A stretch of DNA of 64,000 nucleotides from Candidatus Zixiibacteriota bacterium (lineage in GTDB: Bacteria > Zixibacteria > MSB-5A5 > GN15 > JAAZOE01), in NCBI GenBank assembly GCA_043819555.1, contig JBDREQ010000025.1, positions 1-64,000 on the forward strand. Direction: 5' to 3'. Below the pieces are notes generated by a model. It saw nothing but the letters and a program-made list of their open reading frames with translations. It did not search any database and was not told the DNA's origin. A program made the translations under genes and the position numbers. This document shows, in pieces, positions 1 to 7,785 of the stretch (the first letter of the stretch is position 1; every line of letters begins with the position of its first letter).

Positions 1-1
1 C

Positions 2-337
2 ATAATTTATCCTGAAGATGTGCATGAGATGGGCAGAGTCATTGGTGAAATTAAATCGTTCTCTGGGCGCAGGATATTGAAGGAATGGAGAGCACGAGAT
101 TATAAGATATTGAAAAGGATGACTCATAATTCTGGTCAGACGACTTTTTGGCAGAGGCGTTGCTATGATCACAATTGTCGGACTGTGGAAGCAGTCCGTC
201 AGAAGATAGAGTATTGTCATGGCAATCCGGTACGGGCAAGATTAGTAAAAGAGCCGGGTGATTGGGACTGGTCGAGCTATAATTGGTATCAAGGCCGACG
301 TAATGTGCCATTAGAGATAGACGAGATTGAAATATAG
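2..337 (+). CDS. REP-associated tyrosine transposase (RAYT, Y1/IS200-like), 5'-truncated by window edge
   Basis: Frame open from position 2; FWQRRCYDHNCR...YCHGNPVRARLV...DWDWSSY matches the RAYT C-terminal signature; REP hairpin starts 12 bp after the stop. Confidence 0.85.
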   Translation: MIYPEDVHEMGRVIGEIKSFSGRRILKEWRARDYKILKRMTHNSGQTTFWQRRCYDHNCRTVEAVRQKIEYCHGNPVRARLVKEPGDWDWSSYNWYQGRRNVPLEIDEIEI

Positions 338-348
338 GCTCTCAAGCT

Positions 349-383
349 GGAACCCACCGCAACAAGTTGCAGTGGGCCACCGG
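349..383 (-). repeat. REP palindrome family A, copy 1
   Basis: CCCACCGCAAC-AA-GTTGCAGTGGG hairpin (353-376); on the minus strand it is preceded by GTGG. Confidence 0.85.
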
Positions 384-479
384 CCAAACATTATGATGGT
401 TTTCCGTTGCTTAGATTTTCTTTTTGGCAAAAAGTTGTTTTGATCAAAATTGGCCGTTCTATATTGATATCAGGAAAAG

Positions 480-568
480 CGTAATGTGGCCTTGGAGATA
501 GACGAGATTGAAATATAGGCTCTCAAGCGGGAACCCACCGCAACAAGTTGCGGTGGGCCACCGGTCAA
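480..568 (+). repeat. Direct repeat of 299-387 (transposase 3' end plus REP family A copy 2 at 530-564)
   Basis: GAGATAGACGAGATTGAAATATAGGCTCTCAAGC...GGAACCCACCGCAACAAGTTGC repeated at offset 181; perfect 11-bp hairpin 534-557. Confidence 0.9.
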
Positions 569-581
569 TAAAGTTTATGGT

Positions 582-628
582 ATAGCGCTTCGCGCGATTG
601 GCAGGAGCCCTTCAGGCTCCTTCCCTAC
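582..628 (-). repeat. GTAG-type REP (family B)
   Basis: Minus strand GTAG-GGAAGGAGCCT-GAA-GGGCTCCTGCC plus a small adjacent hairpin; similar to 38811-38842 and 38901-38945. Confidence 0.7.
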
Positions 629-685
629 AAGATATTCCTATTAATTTGCCGATAATTACTAAGTTTTCCTCATGGATAGAGTATG

Positions 686-732
686 TATGGATTCCCTACG
701 CATGCAAGAATGACACAAGGCAAGGGCCTGTT
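686..732 (-). repeat. Degenerate GTCATTC-type palindromic repeat (family C)
   Basis: Minus strand GTGTCATTCTTGCATGCGTAGGGAATCCATA; similarity to 39117-39160 extends into the flank (AGGCA.GG.CTGTT). Confidence 0.55.
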
Positions 733-893
733 TTTTGGCTGTTGCGCTGTGGATTTATGAGAGAAAGAAAATCCGGGATAAATTAATATTGCCGAATTTT
801 GTATGGATTCAATCTTGTCAATTTCCAAAAAATCAATTAATTGGCGACAACAGGGAATGGTCTGTTTTTGGCTGTCGCGTGACCGATCTGGAG

Positions 894-928
894 GGAACCC
901 ACCGCAACAAGTTGCAGTGGGCAACCGG
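894..928 (-). repeat. REP palindrome family A, copy 3
   Basis: GGAACCCACCGCAACAAGTTGCAGTGGGCAACCGG. Confidence 0.85.
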
Positions 929-963
929 TTGGCACTATTTTGGAAGAAGCTAAGGTTAAGTTT

Positions 964-1971
964 ATGTATGAAGTTGTCGCGAAAGTTTATCGGGGGGAGG
1001 GGATCGAATCGGTTCATCATGGTTCGGTCGCCGTTGTCAATGATAAAAAAGAATTGACACACTTTGTCGGTGATCCTGATTTTTTTACGCAGGCTCGAAG
1101 CGAAGCCAAGCCGTTTCAGGTTATTCCGCTTATCGAAACCGGGGCGGCGGATCATTTTGGATTTACTGATAAACAAATCGCGATTTTGTGCGGTTCGCAT
1201 ATTGGAACTGAAAAACATGTTGAAGTTGTGAAATCAATTCTTGATAGGATTGACCTCAAAGAATCTGATTTAAAATGCGGTACTCATCAACCGATGCACC
1301 AGACAATGAATAATATACCGGTCAAAGAAAATGAAAAATTCAGTCCGCTTCAGCATAATTGTTCGGGTAAACATGCCGGCTTTCTGGCCTTGGCGAAATA
1401 TATTGGCGATGATATCAAGGAATATATTAATCCCAAAAGTAAAACTCAGCAGTTAATTATCGGTGCTGTCAGCAAAACATACGATTATCCCCGAGATAAA
1501 ATAAAAATCGGGATTGACGGATGCAGCGCTCCGGTTTTTGGGATGCCTCTGCGGCAGGCGGCGACAGCGTATATGTCTCTGGCGAATCAGATATGCGATG
1601 TCAAAGAGTTGGAACCAATTCTGGGACGGGTGAAATCAATTATGACCAAATATCCCGAGATGATATCAGGTAAAGGGCGATTCGATCTGGCACTGGCGCG
1701 GACATTTCGCGGCAATGTGGTCAACAAAATAGGGGCCGAGGGAATTGAAGGGGTAGGATTTAGTGACCCTCCAATGGGTATAGCCGTGAAAATCCTCGAT
1801 GGAAATTTCAGGGCGTTATATCCGGTCGTAATTGAAGTACTCCGGCAACTGGGATTACTCGAAGGGGTGGACATGACTCATCTGGAACCGTTCGCGCATC
1901 CTAAAGTTCACAACTGGCGGAATCTTGAAGTAGGCAAAATTATTACCGATTTCGAATTGAAAAGAGTTTAG
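964..1971 (+). CDS. L-asparaginase II (Rhizobium-type)
   Basis: RG..IES.H.G, RSEAKPFQ, NCSGKH and DGC motifs; ATG 964 preferred over TTG 940. Confidence 0.85.
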   Translation: MYEVVAKVYRGEGIESVHHGSVAVVNDKKELTHFVGDPDFFTQARSEAKPFQVIPLIETGAADHFGFTDKQIAILCGSHIGTEKHVEVVKSILDRIDLKESDLKCGTHQPMHQTMNNIPVKENEKFSPLQHNCSGKHAGFLALAKYIGDDIKEYINPKSKTQQLIIGAVSKTYDYPRDKIKIGIDGCSAPVFGMPLRQAATAYMSLANQICDVKELEPILGRVKSIMTKYPEMISGKGRFDLALARTFRGNVVNKIGAEGIEGVGFSDPPMGIAVKILDGNFRALYPVVIEVLRQLGLLEGVDMTHLEPFAHPKVHNWRNLEVGKIITDFELKRV

Positions 1972-2017
1972 GAATTCAATATATTGTTGCCAAGCGGGAT
2001 TATTAAAGGGACGTGCA

Positions 2018-3418
2018 ATGACAAAAAAACCGATTGAACCTTTTCGCATAAAAGTAACCGAACCGATAAGTCTGTTGTCTGAGAAGGAACGGATAAAAAA
2101 GATTGAAGAAGCCGGATATAATATATTCAAGATTCGGGCTGAGGATATCTTTATTGATCTTTTGACCGACTCGGGGACCGGGGCATTGTCGCAGAATCAG
2201 TGGGCCGGTCTGATGGTCGGTGATGAATCGTATGCCTGCGGACGCAACTGGTATAATTTCGAAGCAACCGTCAAAGATATTTTTCAAAAAGAATTTGTCC
2301 TGCCGTGTCATCAGGGAAGAGTCGCTGAGAATATTTTGTTTTCCACGCTTATTAAAAAAGGCGACTACGTTCCCAATAATACTCATTTTGATACGACCCG
2401 GGCCAATACGATGCATAAAGGCGGTATTCCGCTCGATTTACCCTGCGAGGAAATCGACAAGGAGGATTCTGATTTTCGGTTCAAGGGTAATTTCGATACC
2501 AAGGCGCTGGAAAGTTTGATAAAGCGCGTCGGGCCGGATAAGGTTCCGCTCGTTGTCATAACTGTTACAAATAATTCCGCCGGTGGTCTTGGCGTTTCGA
2601 TGGAAAATATTCGTCAAGTTCGTTCGATTTGCAACCGTTATGGAATTTTGATGTTTTTTGATGCCGCCCGATTTGCTGAAAACGCTTATTTTATTAAAAA
2701 GTTCGAACCCGAATTTAAAAATCATACAATTAAGTCAATCGCGCAGGAGATGCTGGGGTATGCCGATGGCTCAATGATGTCGGCCAAAAAAGACGGCCTT
2801 TCTAATATGGGCGGGTTTTTGGCTGTCAATGACGAATCGCTGGCGGGGCGGTTAAAAGAATTATTAATATTGATCGAAGGATTTCCGACTTATGGCGGTC
2901 TCAATGGCCGCGACCTTGAGGCGATTTCCATTGGGTTAAAAGAAGCATTGAATGAAGATTATCTGGAATATCGAACCGGTCAGATCGCTTATTTTGGAGA
3001 AATATTAACTCAGGCCGGAGTGCCGATTGTTTCGCCGACCGGCGGACATGCCGTATTTATTGACGCGGGGAAGATGTTGCCGCATATCGAGCCGGGTCAT
3101 TTTCCGGGACAGTCTCTGACGGTTGAACTTTACCGCAAGGGTGGAGTTCGGGCGGTGGAGATCGGTTCTTTGATGTTCGGCGGCGTCGATCCCAATACCG
3201 GTGAAAAGCTGACTGCCAAAAAAGAATATGTACGTCTGGCGGTTCCAAGAAGGATGTACACGGTTAGTCATCTGGAATACGTTGCCGATATTGCCGCTGA
3301 GATAGTAAAAAATAAAGATAAACTACGTGGGTACCAAATTATCCAGGAGCCGAAATACCTGCGTCATTTTACCTGCATATTGAAGGAAATGACTAAAGAT
3401 TTCGCGAAGGTATCGTAA
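2018..3418 (+). CDS. tnaA: Tryptophanase (PLP beta-eliminating lyase)
   Basis: DLLTDSGT, HQGR, MSAKKD (PLP Lys), EGFPTYGG; VEIG and LRHFT are tryptophanase-type rather than tyrosine phenol-lyase-type (MERG, LRFFT). Confidence 0.85.
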   Translation: MTKKPIEPFRIKVTEPISLLSEKERIKKIEEAGYNIFKIRAEDIFIDLLTDSGTGALSQNQWAGLMVGDESYACGRNWYNFEATVKDIFQKEFVLPCHQGRVAENILFSTLIKKGDYVPNNTHFDTTRANTMHKGGIPLDLPCEEIDKEDSDFRFKGNFDTKALESLIKRVGPDKVPLVVITVTNNSAGGLGVSMENIRQVRSICNRYGILMFFDAARFAENAYFIKKFEPEFKNHTIKSIAQEMLGYADGSMMSAKKDGLSNMGGFLAVNDESLAGRLKELLILIEGFPTYGGLNGRDLEAISIGLKEALNEDYLEYRTGQIAYFGEILTQAGVPIVSPTGGHAVFIDAGKMLPHIEPGHFPGQSLTVELYRKGGVRAVEIGSLMFGGVDPNTGEKLTAKKEYVRLAVPRRMYTVSHLEYVADIAAEIVKNKDKLRGYQIIQEPKYLRHFTCILKEMTKDFAKVS

Positions 3419-3635
3419 TTCTCCGTTAAATCTCAAAAATTCTGTTCACAATGTGAAATGGAGTTCATTGTTTTCGCATTTACACCGGCCAAAAAGGATG
3501 TAAGAATAAGGGAACCTGTTTGAACGAAGGGTGTTAAATGATTGTAAGACATAGCACAGAAGATATTTGGTAATTTATTTAAGAAATCGGCCGGAATTTT
3601 GCGATGTATGTTGCCTTAAGATATTGCCAATAAGC

Positions 3636-3664
3636 TTGACAATTTCTGGCTAAATGCTTAACTT
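3636..3664 (+). promoter_or_regulatory. sigma70-type promoter of the porU-like operon
   Basis: TTGACA-N17-TAACTT. Confidence 0.6.
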
Positions 3665-3703
3665 ATAACGTATAAAGGGATCATAGAAGATTTACAAGGA
3701 GAA

Positions 3704-3853
3704 ACTATCGAACCAAGTTAAAGGGTAATTGAAACGAAGTTTTTTATTCAGGGTCAGGAATTTGACCGCAAAATGAAATAGTAATTGATGTTGCACCCTT
3801 TGGCTACGGTTGGATAGTGAATTATCCGGCCGTGTTCGGGCTTTGCCCGGGAC
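3704..3853 (+). promoter_or_regulatory. Candidate structured 5' leader with alternative pairings
   Basis: 3704-3726 pairs with 3795-3818; alternatively 3806-3816 pairs with 3823-3833; hairpin 3834-3853 abuts the ATG. Confidence 0.4.
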
Positions 3854-6800
3854 ATGGTTTTTTTTGTGCTAAAAAGAAACGCGCTCACATTTTTAGTTCT
3901 TATCTTGCTCTCATTCACATGGGTCTCGTTCTGTCGAGCTGATTCTTCAAGTAATGCCCATTATCCCGATTTTGAAATCGACTATATCGCCGATGACCAT
4001 ATTTTGATAAAATATTCCCCCTTATATTCAAAAGATTTTTCATCAGTTAGACGATTGGCGCGGCATAATTATAATGGGAATGAGGTTTTTGGTCGCTCGG
4101 TATTGATTGCAGTTCCCGAGAATGGAGAAGTGAGTTTCACCTTCAATTTTAGTAAAGTTGGAGTATTCAGCTTTAATAATGCAGGCGAATATGCATCCGA
4201 ACAATTGCCATTGGTGGTCAAACATTCTGAGTTCAATGCCCGGGGGCATAGAATTGTCAGAATGCTGATTTTCCCTCAGAGAATGGAAGAAACCGGGCTC
4301 GGCGCGTATGATGATTTTACGATTGATGTTTATTTCACCAACACCATGCGCGAATCTTCGCCGTTTGAAAAGCAAACGCGGCTGGATTCTCTATTGGCTC
4401 GGACCGTGATAAATGGAAAACAGCTTTTTTCTTTCGGTTCTTCCCGAGAAAATATGACGGCATATAAGCCGTTGGAATCTAATTTTGGAAACGCGACGCG
4501 TTGGTTGAAAATCGCGGTCGATGAATGCGGAATATATCGAATCAATGGAAATGACTTGATCACTGCCGGCGTTAATTTGTCAGGTCTGTATTCTGATTCA
4601 TTACGGTTGTTTTATGGCGGTGGGAAAAATCCTCCGATTGGATTTTCCGAACCATTGCCGGAGTTGAATGAAATTCCTGTGGATATAATTGATGGAGGAG
4701 ACGGTCTCTTCAATTCGGGCGATTATATTCTGTTTTATGGTCAGGCGGTAAATCGATATGATTATTCACAGAATCCGCCGGGTTACATCAGGAATATTTA
4801 TAATCGGCTGAATTATTACTGGCTGGCGGTTGGAGGGGATTATTCATCTCCACGTAAGCGCTGGAGGCATATCAATTCCGAAATCGGAACGCCTGATTTG
4901 ATCTTAAACAGCTTTAGACAATTAAAGATGGTTGAACAAAATCATGATTTACGGATTGATACTGATGGACATATCCGCGATTATTATACCTGGTACTGGT
5001 CGAATATGCCGAATGTTACGGCATCTTTTAGTCTGGAAAATCCGATTCATGACGATATCATAGAGATTGAAATGGCGGCAATTACCAATTTTTCGGGTAC
5101 GACCCTGGTACTGAATGGAACCGATATGACCCGAACGACCGGTTCGGGAAATGTTTATAAATATGTTGTTGATTCTGACGCCGGTGCGGCTGGATTGAAT
5201 ACGGCTCAAGTTTCGTTGCAGCCGAATATTCGTGGAAGCTATCTTGATTATTTACGCGTTAATTATCCTCAGAATTTAGAATATGCCGGCGGCCAATTGT
5301 CATTCAGTTCATATACTTATTCGGGATTGATTAGATATCATATTGAAAACGTTTCCGCGTCGCAGAGCATATTGGATATTACTTTTCCGGATGATCCGGC
5401 CATAATTGAAAATATCAATTTCACTGGTAATGCGGCAGAATTTCAGATGATGGCAGCAGATGACGTTTTGAGCTTTGTACTGTTTTCCGAAAATGACGCT
5501 TTGCGGCCGGAATGGATAAGAAATTGGGAAGGCGCAAATTTACACAATGATATTTCTCAATATGATTGTATCATCGTTTACCCGGCAAGCTTTCATAGCG
5601 CGATGGGAGAATACGTTTCTTATCGGCATGGGCAAGGGTACGGCCTGAAGCTTGTCGCCGTGGAAGATATATATGATCAATTCGGATTCGGCCTTGAATC
5701 TCCTCTGGCGATACGCAATTACCTGAAATTCGCTTATGAGAATTTCGCGCCCCCGGCCCCTTACGCTGTTCTATTGGTTGGCGACGGCCATTATGATTTT
5801 CTGGATAATATGGGGCATCATTCTTCTTCATATCTGCCGCCCTTTATCTGGGAAGCGGAGCAATCGGCGGGTGATGATAATTTCGTTTATTTTGGCGATA
5901 TCGGAATGCTTGATTCAGACAGTAGTTATGTTTTTAATTCCGATCGAGGCTGGGATATGATGGTCGCTCGCTGGCCGGTTAAGTCAGCTTTTGAAATTTC
6001 CACATATATTGAGAAATTGAAGCGCTATGAATCAGATGACACCCGTGGCATCTGGAGAAGTAAAGTTACTTTTGTGGCCGATGATGAATTTAAAAGCGAT
6101 TATACAGGAGAGATAATTCATACCGCTCAGGCTGAAACGCTGGCGGTGTTTCATACGCCTCCTGAAATTACGAAGCGAAAAATTTATGCCACTGAGTACT
6201 CTTTCGCTTCCAGCGGCGAAAAGCCAATGGTCAATGACGCCATTGTCAAAGCGATAAATGAAGGGACGCTGATAATCAATTACATCGGGCATGGCTCTCC
6301 TGATGTCTGGGCCGATGAGCATATATTCAAGAAAGATTCCGATCTGGGGCGATTGCGCAATATAGATAAACCAGCCATTGTAATAGCCGGTTCATGTTCT
6401 ATTGGGAAATTTGATCAGCCTTCGAAAGAAGGAATGGCGGAGATGATGTTTCGCCAGGAAAGCGGAGCGATTGAAACAGTCTCGGCAACACGATTAGTTT
6501 ACGCAAGGGACAACGCGATTTTTAGTTTTGATTTGTATGATGCCGTTTTTGACGGTTCAAAAAATATAACGGAAGCGGTGTTTACGGCCAAACTCCTGCA
6601 TCAATATGAAAGATCGGGGCAGGTTAATCTTTTGCGCAACGACCGCTCTTATGTAGTTTTTGGCGATCCTCTCGGAGACCTGGGAGCGCCCGAATATAAA
6701 ATAAAAATCACTCCGACCGCAGCAAGCACGCTGGTGCCATTGGAGGATTTTGAATTTTCCGGGGAAATCGTTGATGACAATGACAATATTATCGTAGCAG

Positions 6801-7741
6801 ACGGACTGGTCAACGCCGAAGTTTTTGACTCTCGGTTCGTTCGCCATCATCCCGCGGGGATTGATTATTCTCTCGGCGGTCCTCGGATTTTCAGCGGTAC
6901 TTTCGAAGTTAGTTCCGGACGATTCGAAGGAGGATTCATTGTCCCCCTGGATATTGATTATGGAGGCGAAGCCGCTCAGATTACATGTTTCGGATCATTT
7001 GGTGTCGGCTCCGCTCTGGGAAGCCTCGATTCTCTTGAAATCTCTCAGTCCGCCGGAACAACAACGGATAATTCCGGTCCAATTATTGAATATAGTTTCG
7101 AGGAAAACCCTGATTTTGTCAACGGCGGGAGAATTCCATCACAGGCGACCTTAGTTTTAAATATTGCCGATAATTCGGGAATTAATCTAACCGGCGGATT
7201 GGGGCATCGGATAGAATTGACAATCGACAACGATAATAACTCGACTCTGAATTTAACGGATAATTTCGTTTATAATCAGGGCAGCTATCGCGAAGGTCGA
7301 ATAAGTTATCGTCTGCCGGAATTGACGCCGGAAAGGCATATTTTCAAAGTAAAAGTATGGGATAATGCCAATAATCCGGGAATAATCGAGTTTGAAGCTT
7401 TGTCATCTCAAGTTGGAAGTATCGCCATTCACAATGTTCTAAACTATCCCAATCCGATGGAAGAATCGACTGAATTTTATTTTGAATTGAGTGAACCTGC
7501 GGAATGGGCGGAATTAAGGATATTTACTCTGGCGGGACGCCAAATAAAAAAACTCCGTGAATCGGATTTGAACTCCGGTCGAAATCGGCGCTTCTTTTGG
7601 GATGGGCGCGATCTTGACGGCGACCGTATCGCCGAAGGAGTATATCTCTATAAAATTTCGATAAAAGGAAAGGTGTTTTCCAGCGGGAGAAATACCGATA
7701 ACTTGACAGAAGCATTTGGTAAATTGATTCTACTGAACTAA
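3854..7741 (+). CDS. porU: PorU-like peptidase C25 (type IX secretion sortase-like) with C-terminal CTD/FlgD-Ig domain
   Basis: Signal peptide; GIYRI, DYILFYGQ, LLVGD, NYIGHG (His) and GSC (Cys) dyad, FGDP, SGINLTG.GHRIEL.ID, KVWDNANN; tail NYPNP...WDGRDLDG..IAEGVYLYKI. Confidence 0.8.
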   Translation: MVFFVLKRNALTFLVLILLSFTWVSFCRADSSSNAHYPDFEIDYIADDHILIKYSPLYSKDFSSVRRLARHNYNGNEVFGRSVLIAVPENGEVSFTFNFSKVGVFSFNNAGEYASEQLPLVVKHSEFNARGHRIVRMLIFPQRMEETGLGAYDDFTIDVYFTNTMRESSPFEKQTRLDSLLARTVINGKQLFSFGSSRENMTAYKPLESNFGNATRWLKIAVDECGIYRINGNDLITAGVNLSGLYSDSLRLFYGGGKNPPIGFSEPLPELNEIPVDIIDGGDGLFNSGDYILFYGQAVNRYDYSQNPPGYIRNIYNRLNYYWLAVGGDYSSPRKRWRHINSEIGTPDLILNSFRQLKMVEQNHDLRIDTDGHIRDYYTWYWSNMPNVTASFSLENPIHDDIIEIEMAAITNFSGTTLVLNGTDMTRTTGSGNVYKYVVDSDAGAAGLNTAQVSLQPNIRGSYLDYLRVNYPQNLEYAGGQLSFSSYTYSGLIRYHIENVSASQSILDITFPDDPAIIENINFTGNAAEFQMMAADDVLSFVLFSENDALRPEWIRNWEGANLHNDISQYDCIIVYPASFHSAMGEYVSYRHGQGYGLKLVAVEDIYDQFGFGLESPLAIRNYLKFAYENFAPPAPYAVLLVGDGHYDFLDNMGHHSSSYLPPFIWEAEQSAGDDNFVYFGDIGMLDSDSSYVFNSDRGWDMMVARWPVKSAFEISTYIEKLKRYESDDTRGIWRSKVTFVADDEFKSDYTGEIIHTAQAETLAVFHTPPEITKRKIYATEYSFASSGEKPMVNDAIVKAINEGTLIINYIGHGSPDVWADEHIFKKDSDLGRLRNIDKPAIVIAGSCSIGKFDQPSKEGMAEMMFRQESGAIETVSATRLVYARDNAIFSFDLYDAVFDGSKNITEAVFTAKLLHQYERSGQVNLLRNDRSYVVFGDPLGDLGAPEYKIKITPTAASTLVPLEDFEFSGEIVDDNDNIIVADGLVNAEVFDSRFVRHHPAGIDYSLGGPRIFSGTFEVSSGRFEGGFIVPLDIDYGGEAAQITCFGSFGVGSALGSLDSLEISQSAGTTTDNSGPIIEYSFEENPDFVNGGRIPSQATLVLNIADNSGINLTGGLGHRIELTIDNDNNSTLNLTDNFVYNQGSYREGRISYRLPELTPERHIFKVKVWDNANNPGIIEFEALSSQVGSIAIHNVLNYPNPMEESTEFYFELSEPAEWAELRIFTLAGRQIKKLRESDLNSGRNRRFFWDGRDLDGDRIAEGVYLYKISIKGKVFSSGRNTDNLTEAFGKLILLN

Positions 7742-7785
7742 ATGGAAGAAATTTGTTCTAAATAAACTTATTGGAGATGGAAATT

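Noticed and set aside
349..928. Repeated palindromes as a CRISPR array
   Set aside because: Spacing is irregular (181 and 364 bp), the repeats sit beside a RAYT, and no cas genes are present; they are REPs.
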